A stretch of DNA of 64,000 nucleotides. Source: Chloroflexota bacterium (lineage in GTDB: Bacteria; Chloroflexota; Limnocylindria; Limnocylindrales; CSP1-4). Shown piece after piece: positions 9,384 to 17,685 of the stretch. The notes below the pieces were generated by a model. The model did no database searches and had not been told where the DNA came from. It saw only the letters and a list, made by a program, of their open reading frames with translations. The DNA lies in the NCBI GenBank assembly GCA_003152165.1, contig PLZO01000125.1, forward strand, positions 1,346 to 65,345, given 5' to 3'. Each line of letters opens with the position of its first letter. Position 1 is the first letter of the stretch. Made by a program: the position numbers and the translations under genes.

Positions 9384-12008
9384 CTACGAGTTCCGGGGGA
9401 TGATCCCGTCCGGCACCAGTGGGAGCGAGCGCAGGCGCACCCCCGTCGCGGCGAAGATCGCGTTGGCGAGAGCCGGCGCAATCGCAATGATGGGTGCCTC
9501 GCCACCGCCCGCGGAGGGCAGATCCCGTCGGTCAAGGAGCACGATCTCGATGGGCGGAACGTCCGTGATCCGTGGGACGCGGTAGTCCGACATGGAGGCG
9601 TTCTGGATCGTGCCCGCCTCGAAGTGGACCGCCTCGAAGAGTGCGGCACCCAGGCCCATCACGGTCGCTCCCTCCACCTGGTTTGACAGGCCGTCGGGAT
9701 TGACGATCGCGCCGCACTCAAATGCACTCACGATCCGGAGGATCTCCACGCGTCGGCCTTCCCCGACGCGCAGCGCTACGCAGGTGGCGACACGGGCGCC
9801 CTTCTCCGTGCCGCAGGCGATGCCAAACCCGACGCCAGACTCGTGTCGGCCGGCCCAGTTCATGCGCTCAGCGGCGGCGCGCAAGACCGCCACGAGCCGC
9901 TCGTCGGGGAGGTGGCTGAGGCGGAGCTCGAGGGGGTCGATGCCCAGCGCGTGGGCCAGCTCGTCCATATGGGATTCGCGTGCGAAGTGGTTCGCCGTTG
10001 CGGCCAACGCCCGATACGGGCCCTGGGCCAGCGGCGAGTCGGCAGGTTGGAAGTCGATTCGTTGGTTGGGGATCTCATACGGACCAACGAGGCCGAACGT
10101 GCCCGAGTTCGTGTTGCGCAGCTCCCACGCCGTGATCGTGCCGTCCCGACGTGCGCCGCTGCGGACATCGATCACCGCGGCCGGCCGGAGGTGGCCCTGG
10201 GTGAACTCCTCCCCGCGGCTCCAGCGAACCTTGACCGGGCGACCGGTGGCGCGCGACAGCCGGGCAGCCTCCATCGCAACCTCAGCCCCATGCTTGCCGC
10301 CGAAGCCGCCGCCCGTGTCCGGCACGACGACGCGCACCTGCGCTTCGGGAACGCCGAGCGCCTCGGCGAGCTCGCGGCGCACCCCGAACGGCTCCTGCGT
10401 CCCGGTCCAGACGGTCAGACGGATGCCTTCCCACTGAGCCAATGCGACATGCGTCTCGAGGGGCACGTGCGCGACATACGCAGTGGTGTAGGTTGCGGCG
10501 AGCTTGACCGGCGCTTCCGCCAGCGCCGCGTCGGGGTCGCCGATCTCTTGGTGGAATGCGCCCTCCCAGCCCTCCTCCTCCACTGGGTGCGAGCGCAGGT
10601 AGTCGGTCAGCTCTGCCTCGGAAGGTTGGGGTGCCAGGTCCCACTCCGCGTCGATCGCCTGCAATGCTCGTCCGGCCTCGTCCGGCTCGGAGGTGGCCAC
10701 CCCTACAAACGAACCCTCGTGCACGACGGTCACGCCCGGCAGCGCCTCGGCCCTCGCGAGATCGATCGAACGCAGCGTCGCACCAACGGCAGGCGGTCGC
10801 AGGACACGGCCAAAGAGCATGCCCGGACACGACACGTCCGAGGGGTAGCGCTTGGCGCCCGTCACGACCTCCGCTGCCGTTAGGCGTGGGGTCGGGCGTC
10901 CGACCAGCAGCTCCGCCGGCCCTGGCGTCACGGGTGCATCGGACGATGTGATCTCGACGCGCTGCATACCGCGCACGAGCTCTCCGTAGCTGACGGAGCG
11001 GCTGTCGTGGGATACCCGAATGCAGCCGTCGGATGCACTGAGCTCGGCAGCGCCGACGCTCCATCGGGCAGCGGCGAGGCCGAGCAGGTACTCGCGGGCG
11101 GATGCGGCGGCCTGCCGAAGGTGCTCGCCCGCATCGGGCATCGAGCGGCTGCCGAACGTGCCGACGTCGAAGGGGCAGACATCGGTGTCGCCCATCACGA
11201 GGTGGACCGCGGCGAGGGAAACACGCAGCTCCTCGGCGACGCGCACAGAGAGCGCAGTCCGGTTGTCCTGCCCGATGTCCACCTTACCGGTGAAGGCCAC
11301 CACCGTTCCGTCGGCGCCGACGTGGACCCACGCCCCCGTGCTCGTCGTCCAGCCACTTGACGCCGCAGGGCGGCCCGGCGTCCTGGCTGGCTCCCTGACC
11401 ACCACCAGCCCATCAGGGAGGACACCGAAGTAGTCGCGTTCCTCGGGCCGTAGCAGGTCCCACGGTTGCCGCGGCCGGGCCCCTGGGGTCAGCACGCTGG
11501 CGCTCGTGGCGAGCGGCGCGGGCCAGGCCCAGCCGTCGGCGTCCCGCGCCAGCTCGGCGGCACGATGCACGGCGCGCAGGATGCGTGGATAGGTGCAACA
11601 GCGGCAGACGTTGCCCGCCAGGGCTGTCTTGACTTGTGTGTCGTCCGGATCGCCGTCCTGCTCCAACAGTGCGACCGTGCTCATGATCATCCCGGCCGTG
11701 CAGTAGCCGCACTGGAGAGCTCCGACTTCGAGGAAGGCGCGTTGGACCGGATGGAGGTGGCCGTTGCTTGGCAGTCCCTCGACGGTGCTGATGGCATGGC
11801 CGGCCGTATCTGCCGCGCGGACCTGACAGGCTCGAACCGGCGCACCATCGAGGAGCACGGTACAGGCGCCGCATGCACCCTCGCCGCAGCCTGGCTTGGC
11901 GCCGGTGAGCTCGAACTCCTCGCGGAGCACGTCGAGCAGACTCCGATCTGGCTCGGGCGCCAACTCGCGAGCCAGCCCATTCACGACGATCTGGGCGGAG
12001 CCGATCAT
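9384..12008 (-). CDS. fused [2Fe-2S] + molybdopterin-binding oxidoreductase (xanthine dehydrogenase / isoquinoline 1-oxidoreductase family)
   Basis: GCGEGACGAC, QCGYCTAG, NVCRCCTY; GKVDIGQ, GTFGSRS, GGGFGGK, QVEGA, GGGEAP. Confidence 0.92.
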   Translation of the reverse strand: MIGSAQIVVNGLARELAPEPDRSLLDVLREEFELTGAKPGCGEGACGACTVLLDGAPVRACQVRAADTAGHAISTVEGLPSNGHLHPVQRAFLEVGALQCGYCTAGMIMSTVALLEQDGDPDDTQVKTALAGNVCRCCTYPRILRAVHRAAELARDADGWAWPAPLATSASVLTPGARPRQPWDLLRPEERDYFGVLPDGLVVVREPARTPGRPAASSGWTTSTGAWVHVGADGTVVAFTGKVDIGQDNRTALSVRVAEELRVSLAAVHLVMGDTDVCPFDVGTFGSRSMPDAGEHLRQAAASAREYLLGLAAARWSVGAAELSASDGCIRVSHDSRSVSYGELVRGMQRVEITSSDAPVTPGPAELLVGRPTPRLTAAEVVTGAKRYPSDVSCPGMLFGRVLRPPAVGATLRSIDLARAEALPGVTVVHEGSFVGVATSEPDEAGRALQAIDAEWDLAPQPSEAELTDYLRSHPVEEEGWEGAFHQEIGDPDAALAEAPVKLAATYTTAYVAHVPLETHVALAQWEGIRLTVWTGTQEPFGVRRELAEALGVPEAQVRVVVPDTGGGFGGKHGAEVAMEAARLSRATGRPVKVRWSRGEEFTQGHLRPAAVIDVRSGARRDGTITAWELRNTNSGTFGLVGPYEIPNQRIDFQPADSPLAQGPYRALAATANHFARESHMDELAHALGIDPLELRLSHLPDERLVAVLRAAAERMNWAGRHESGVGFGIACGTEKGARVATCVALRVGEGRRVEILRIVSAFECGAIVNPDGLSNQVEGATVMGLGAALFEAVHFEAGTIQNASMSDYRVPRITDVPPIEIVLLDRRDLPSAGGGEAPIIAIAPALANAIFAATGVRLRSLPLVPDGIIPRNS

Positions 12009-12221
12009 GCTCGTCCCTTCGCGTTCGATACCGGAGATGACCAAGCATAGCCCCGTCGAACGGGATATGAGATTTGGCTGGCGGGCTAGCATACGGATGG
12101 CCCCCGTTCGGCTCGTCGACGGCGATCCCTCTTGGGGTTTGGTCAGATCGCGCCGACGGGGGCCTCTGCCGGGCGCTCAGGAAGGCGCTCCCCGCCGCCC
12201 GCCAACCATCAGGAGGACGAG

Positions 12222-13013
12222 ATGCCGGCTCGTAAGCCCAAGGAAAAGGCCACGACCAACAACGGAACCAGGGTTCGTGCGCAGGAATTGGCCGCGGCCA
12301 AACGGGCGGCAGCGGCGACCATGCGTGAGGCAGCCAGTGGCGGTGCCGACGTGACCCGCGGCGAAGACGAAGCGACCGCCGCAGCCACGTTTTCGGCCCT
12401 CAGCGATGCTGCCGCCCGGAGAGGAGTGCGCGATGCGGCCGAAGCCGCTGCGGCGCTCGCGATGGCGGACGAGGTCGCCGCTGGCGGAGAGCTCGCCGCG
12501 GCGCTGAGCACCGATGAGTTTCGCCGCGGCATGGAGCTCGCGGGTATCGCTGGCCAGGTACAGGTAGCAGCGGAGTTGCTGCGAGGCGCCCAGCAGCCAA
12601 CTCTTGCGGCGTTTCTCGGCCGCACCAGCCATCAGCTGCGTATCCTGGCAGTGGACTCGCTCAGCCGGGCCACCGAGGGCGCCATCGTCGCCCACGGAGC
12701 GGAGCACCTCGCTGATGAGCTTGCGGCGCTGGGACTCACCGAGATGGGTGAGGGCCGAGAGGAATACGCGACCTCCGAGGGGCTTGGCGCCGCGAGCGCC
12801 GAGATGGCCGCAGCAGCCGTGCGATCGGCAGCGGCGGGGGCAGCTGAACTCGCCGCTGCGAAGGCGATGGGTGGCCTGACCCAGGCGCTTGAGAACGACG
12901 GCGCGGGGGGCGCCGCAGGTGCCCGCAGGGCTCAGCAGGGGCCTGCGGGCAAGGCAGCAGCAGCGGCGTCCTCCAGGCGTGCGCCCCGTAAGCCGTCCAA
13001 GCCGAGGACCTAG
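12222..13013 (+). CDS. Ala-rich helical protein with basic termini
   Basis: AGGAGG SD before ATG 12222; Lys/Pro-rich ends. Confidence 0.6.
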   Translation: MPARKPKEKATTNNGTRVRAQELAAAKRAAAATMREAASGGADVTRGEDEATAAATFSALSDAAARRGVRDAAEAAAALAMADEVAAGGELAAALSTDEFRRGMELAGIAGQVQVAAELLRGAQQPTLAAFLGRTSHQLRILAVDSLSRATEGAIVAHGAEHLADELAALGLTEMGEGREEYATSEGLGAASAEMAAAAVRSAAAGAAELAAAKAMGGLTQALENDGAGGAAGARRAQQGPAGKAAAAASSRRAPRKPSKPRT

Positions 13014-13067
13014 ATCGACGGGCCCAAGGGATCGCCGTCGCCGCCTCTCCGGGGTCAGACTGAGGGC

Positions 13068-13721
13068 ATGACGCCCGCGGATCGGCGCAGATTCGTTATC
13101 GAGCACACGACCATCGGCAGTGCGCTGCTCGTGCCCGAGATTCTGCTGCACATCGGCGGGTCGTCAATGGCCCTGTGGGAGGCGGCCGCCCTGGCCGATG
13201 TCCGACCAGCCGTGCCGCCGCCCTACTGGGCGTGGCCGTGGCCCGGTGGGCAGGCTCTGGCCCGCTATCTCCTCGATCGTCCGACGACCGTGCGTGGGCT
13301 GAGTGTCGTCGATGTCGGCGCCGGTGGTGGGATCGTGGCGATCGCTGCCGCGCTGGCCGGAGCCGAAGCCGTGGGTGCGATCGATGTCGAGCCGTTCGCC
13401 ATCGAGGCCTGCCGACTCAATGCCGACCTGAACCAGGCGGGGATCGGGCTAATCGAAACCGATCCGATCGGCTCCGACGACGGCTGGGACGTCGTGCTCG
13501 CCGGCGACACCTGGTACGAGCCCGAGCTCGGGGCGCGGATGGCCCGCTGGCTGCGGGCCATGGCGGCTCGCGGCGCACTGGTGCTGACAGGGGACCTCGG
13601 CCGAAGCCATCTCCCCGCGTCGGGCCTGGTCGAGCTGGCTCGCTACTCGTTGCCGACCAGCCTCGACCTGGAAGACACAGATTCGAAGCTCGTCCGCGTC
13701 CTCCGCTTCGTGGCGGAGTGA
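13068..13721 (+). CDS. class I SAM-dependent protein methyltransferase (PrmA/METTL-like)
   Basis: PPYWAWPWPGGQALARY, VVDVGAGGG, VVLAGDTWYE. Confidence 0.88.
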   Translation: MTPADRRRFVIEHTTIGSALLVPEILLHIGGSSMALWEAAALADVRPAVPPPYWAWPWPGGQALARYLLDRPTTVRGLSVVDVGAGGGIVAIAAALAGAEAVGAIDVEPFAIEACRLNADLNQAGIGLIETDPIGSDDGWDVVLAGDTWYEPELGARMARWLRAMAARGALVLTGDLGRSHLPASGLVELARYSLPTSLDLEDTDSKLVRVLRFVAE

Positions 13722-13860
13722 GGCGCAGATCGCGCCGTGCCAGTTCCGACGGCAGTCAGGAACATGCGCATCGACTTCTCAGCCCGCGCAGCCCTGAGGA
13801 GGAGCGCAAATGAGTCGCGTAGAGTAGGCGGGGCGTCAGGAACGTAGGTCGACCTGCAAC

Positions 13861-13936
13861 GTCCCCGTAGCTCAGCGGACAGAGCAACCGCCTTCTAAGC
13901 GGTAGGTCGCAGGTTCGAACCCTGCCGGGGACGCCA
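13861..13936 (+). tRNA. tRNA-Arg(TCT), integration target
   Basis: Acceptor GTCCCCG/CGGGGAC, anticodon arm ACCGC-CTTCTAA-GCGGT, GGTTCGAAC T-loop, CCA. Confidence 0.97.
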
Positions 13937-15373
13937 GTTCCTACTTACGGACTCCGGCAGGCTCAGCGCGAGCCCAGCGGCATAAGCACTCGTGGTCAGG
14001 GTCACCCCGACAAAGGCCGGCCCGTTGACTTCGATGCGTTCGTAGATGCCGTGGAGAAGCTCGGCCTTCTCGGCCGGCGTTGCCTTGGCCAGTAGGAGTG
14101 GAATGTTCCTCAGGTACTCCACGGCTTTCGCCGGGTCGATCGCCCTGACCTCTGCAGCTCTGGGCCCCTCCTGGATCGCTTCAATAGCTGCGCCGAGCTC
14201 CTCCAGGGTGATCCTGCCCTCGGCGAAACAATTGGCCAGCTGCCTGCGCCTGCGGGCGTTTCGGGCCTTGTCGATGCTGACCGGCTCGGGCCTCCCTTTG
14301 GACAGGATGCGAACCACTCGCTCGATGGTCCGATCACTGAGATCGATGCCGGCGATCTGGGCGAAGATCGGTTCTTCCCAGACAGCTGAGGCGTAGTGGC
14401 CTTGCTTGCCCCACGCGCCACAAGGCTGAAAATGCATGCGGCTTGGCCTGCCAGGCGTGCCCATCAGGCCGTTCGACCGAACCCGAACACCGCAGGTACA
14501 GAAGATCAAGCCAGTGAGTGGGTCAATCCGGCCAGATCGCTTCCCCCCGGCGTGGGTTCGGTTCGAACGCTGCTCGGCGACCCGATTCCAGAGATCGTCT
14601 GAAACTGGCGGGTTTGCGCGCCAAGCCGAAGGGAGGCGTTCTTCGTTCTGACCGCGATGCCGACGGGCCCAGCCGTTGTACAAGGGGTTCCGGAGAACCT
14701 TGTTGATCCGCTCGTACTCAAGGCCCGTTTCGGCCACGAGGTCACGGATGCTGACCGTGCCCGTGGAGTAGCGCTCGTACAGGTGAACCGCCTGATCGAT
14801 CGTGGTCAGGTCGATCTCCATGAGGCAGGGCTTGACCTTCGAGCGTTTGAAGCCGATGGGTGGGGTACCGGCTTGATCGGCAAAGCGCTGAAACTTCGCC
14901 TCGTACCCCTGTCTGACTCGCCGAGCCAACCGTCGGCTGTAAGCCTCGGCCTCGACGAGCTCTCGTGCCCACTGTTCCCAGCGCTCGTCGTCCGACGACA
15001 GGAGGCCATCGTCACAGAAGTAGATGACCGCCCCGGCCGCATGGAGGGTCTTGAGTACGGCCGACTGCGAGTCGTAATTCCGTGTCAGGCGGCTGACGTA
15101 CCCGACGAGCAACACGTCGTAATCGATGCCCGCTCGCGCAACCATCTCGGACCATTCAGGCGTTTCGTCGATGCTCCTGCCGCTGTGAGCAGCTGACCAT
15201 TTGAGCCCGGTGTCGACGAAACCAAACTTCTGGACGGCGAAGTCCTGCTGGCGCATCTGGGAATCAGGTCCGAATCCCTCCGCCATCTGGTCCTTCGTGC
15301 TTTCTCGAATCCAGCGAGCGGCGCGGAGATCCTTGCCCTTCAGATCTTCGATCCTTGCGGGCAGAGGCATCAC
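13895..15373 (-). CDS. large serine recombinase (integrase)
   Basis: Catalytic WIRES (YxRxS variant), VSRLTRN, recombinase domain NPLYNG, Zn ribbon LTGLIFCTCG, coiled coil; 3' end overlaps the tRNA antisense. Confidence 0.92.
   Translation of the reverse strand: MMPLPARIEDLKGKDLRAARWIRESTKDQMAEGFGPDSQMRQQDFAVQKFGFVDTGLKWSAAHSGRSIDETPEWSEMVARAGIDYDVLLVGYVSRLTRNYDSQSAVLKTLHAAGAVIYFCDDGLLSSDDERWEQWARELVEAEAYSRRLARRVRQGYEAKFQRFADQAGTPPIGFKRSKVKPCLMEIDLTTIDQAVHLYERYSTGTVSIRDLVAETGLEYERINKVLRNPLYNGWARRHRGQNEERLPSAWRANPPVSDDLWNRVAEQRSNRTHAGGKRSGRIDPLTGLIFCTCGVRVRSNGLMGTPGRPSRMHFQPCGAWGKQGHYASAVWEEPIFAQIAGIDLSDRTIERVVRILSKGRPEPVSIDKARNARRRRQLANCFAEGRITLEELGAAIEAIQEGPRAAEVRAIDPAKAVEYLRNIPLLLAKATPAEKAELLHGIYERIEVNGPAFVGVTLTTSAYAAGLALSLPESVSRNWRPRQGSNLRPTA
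13920..13936 (+). repeat. attL core, 17-bp direct repeat CCCTGCCGGGGACGCCA
   Basis: Identical to 51516-51532; is the tRNA 3' end. Confidence 0.92.
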
Positions 15374-15594
15374 GAGTCTCGCGCCAAAATCTGACCGACG
15401 ATCCGAGCCAAGAGGTCGATGAACATCACGTCTGAGCCGGCTGACGTGCCTGCAGCTGGGTCAGGAGCGGCCGATTCGTCCGACTCTGGGCGCGGTCTGT
15501 GCGTGGTTTCCTCAAGCGCCTTGACTCCGGGTTCGAGCTGCGCCCTTCGGCTCGGCTCAGCCGGGCTAGATTTCGGTCGAGTCGCCTCGACCAA
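15370..15594 (-). CDS. small protein coupled to the integrase (candidate directionality factor)
   Basis: GTGA stop/start overlap with the integrase; C-terminal helix FIDLLARIVGQIL. Confidence 0.4.
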   Translation of the reverse strand: MVEATRPKSSPAEPSRRAQLEPGVKALEETTHRPRPESDESAAPDPAAGTSAGSDVMFIDLLARIVGQILARDS

Positions 15595-15819
15595 TGCGGT
15601 AGCAGCCCGACGGGACGGGAATCACGAAACCGGCGCCGCGCGCCGGATCAGGCACGTACGAGGTGCCCGGTGTGGGATTCGGCTTCGACGTAAGCGGCAT
15701 TTAGGAAACCCATCAACAACGATTGATCCGTTGCCCGAGGCTACCACGGAGGTTCTGGGACGTCCAGTCGGGCCGAGCTTGCCCCGAATCGATCCGGCAG
15801 CCACTACGATGGGCTCGAC

Positions 15820-16593
15820 ATGGCGAGCTTCGGCGGACCGCTGACCTCCGACAACCGCCCCACACCCGCGCCGCTACGGGTGCCGCCGTCGCGCGGGCCG
15901 ATCGTGGCGGCGGTGCTGGTCCTCGTCGGCGTGACCTTCCTGGTTGGCTTCCGTCTCGGTGGGAACGGCGCGTCGCCGCCGGTCGTCGTGCCCAGCGACG
16001 GAAGCAACGGGTCGACGTCATCGACGACGACGTCGCCATCGACTACGGCGCCGCCGGTCCCGCCGACGCCGCTGGTCCAGCCTGACGCGGTCAGCAGCGA
16101 ACTCGCGAGCACCGCGGGTGGCCTCGTTCCGCGGTATGGCTGGGCGATCTGCGTCGTGGACACCGCGCCCATCGTTTGCCGGTCGATCCGGCCCACCGCC
16201 GAGCCGTATGACGCCTTCGCCGGTACGGCTGGCCCGCTCGCGTCGCCGTCTGCCAGGCTGGCGGCGCTCTGGCGGGCCTTGCCGACGTCCGAAGTCCTGG
16301 GCACCCATCTCGTTCTGGTGGCAGCGCTCAGCCGACCGGCGCAGACGGCGTTGCTGGCGCGGGTGGACGGACGCGAGGCGAACCGGGAGGCTACGCCGGT
16401 CGAGCCAGGCCGTTATGGCATCAGCTACTTCGACCTCGGCGCCCTGACCCCTGGGCAGTACCTCGTCGCTGTGATCGATCAGGTACCCATCCCGCCCCCG
16501 ACGCGCGTCGCCATCCTCACCCAGGTCGTCGGGCTCCTCGTCTGCCCAGGTGTGCTCGGTAACGCATCGCCGGGCTGTACGTCCGTGCCCTGA
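15820..16593 (+). CDS. membrane-anchored hypothetical protein
   Basis: Single TM helix, Ser/Thr/Pro linker, Cys pairs. Confidence 0.6.
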   Translation: MASFGGPLTSDNRPTPAPLRVPPSRGPIVAAVLVLVGVTFLVGFRLGGNGASPPVVVPSDGSNGSTSSTTTSPSTTAPPVPPTPLVQPDAVSSELASTAGGLVPRYGWAICVVDTAPIVCRSIRPTAEPYDAFAGTAGPLASPSARLAALWRALPTSEVLGTHLVLVAALSRPAQTALLARVDGREANREATPVEPGRYGISYFDLGALTPGQYLVAVIDQVPIPPPTRVAILTQVVGLLVCPGVLGNASPGCTSVP

Positions 16594-17092
16594 CCTTACG
16601 GGAGGTTGGTTGAGCTTGGCCAGCCTTCGGGCCGTCAGGACCCCGGCACGTCGCGCGGGGGCGAGAGGCGCTTGTGCGGCTGTTCCAAGCGGCAGTCGTG
16701 CAGCGCCCGGAATTGTTGGTAATCAATCCCGAAGTGGTCGCGAAGTTGCTCGCCGCCGATGGCCCGGATGAGCACGGGTACCCGAGTTGGGCCCTACGTT
16801 CGCCTACCGCTGAATTTCCACGGGGCCTGGCCCGATAACACCTCCTAGGATGGCCCAGGACGGACGAATCATTTCTTCTGTGACATTCCACCCGGCTCCG
16901 AATCATCCGCGGCCCGCGGGCGATTCACGGCCGCGACACGGGATCCTGAGGTGTAGACCTGCGCAGATCGACCGCGAATGGTCGGGCATCCAGTTCGGTC
17001 AGGCCGCTCATCGGCGACCGGGAATCCCGGAATCACGGGCAGGCAGGATCGCCGGACGGGTGCGTGGAATCGTCGAGCTGTTCATCACCGCA

Positions 17093-17101
17093 ATTATAAC
17101 A
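17093..17101 (-). promoter_or_regulatory. leftward extended -10 promoter TGTTATAAT
   Basis: Perfect TGn-TATAAT on the minus strand in a locally AT-richer intergenic region. Confidence 0.55.
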
Positions 17102-17210
17102 GGCTGGCATCAGCTTTACTAACGACCCGGATCAGCCGGCGCTTCGCGATCGTCACCGTGTTTACCCCTGACGGGATTGATCAAGGCTCTTGACGGTACG
17201 AGTGGGCGAT

Positions 17211-17239
17211 TTTACATGAACTCAGAACGCGCGTAGAAT
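17211..17239 (+). promoter_or_regulatory. rightward sigma70-type promoter TTTACA-N17-TAGAAT
   Basis: Near-consensus hexamers with a 17-bp spacer upstream of the replication genes. Confidence 0.6.
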
Positions 17240-17319
17240 GCGATTTACGAGGCAAGCTGAACGGGCGACCGTCGAGGCTCGCTTTACCGACTTAACGCAA
17301 ATACCGACAATACTGGGAA

Positions 17320-17616
17320 ATGATCATGTCCACTGCCGAACCAGAACTTCAACGACTCCTCAAGTTAAGCCTCGCCGGCCGAAATCATCCCGGCTACACG
17401 ACATATGCGGGTCTGCCAGCGTTTAACCACGATACGGTCTTGACGACCCTCTCGACGAACCGGACCTCCGCCAAACGACTCCACCGAGAAGCTCTCGTCC
17501 TTGGTGTCGTCTCTCCGCCGGCGTCGACGTCCCGGGACCGGAAGCCGATGCGGGTGCAGTTCATCTACCCGGACCGGATTGCCGAGGCACTCAAGGCCGG
17601 GCAGAGCGATGACTAG
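17320..17616 (+). CDS. small hypothetical protein (possible DNA-binding)
   Basis: First ORF after the promoter, upstream of the primase. Confidence 0.5.
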   Translation: MIMSTAEPELQRLLKLSLAGRNHPGYTTYAGLPAFNHDTVLTTLSTNRTSAKRLHREALVLGVVSPPASTSRDRKPMRVQFIYPDRIAEALKAGQSDD

Positions 17617-17685
17617 CGAGCCTGCGTTACCCGGGTGGGCCGCTCCTAGCAGAGCTCGATCGGCATCGCGACGGGATCTCGTGCG

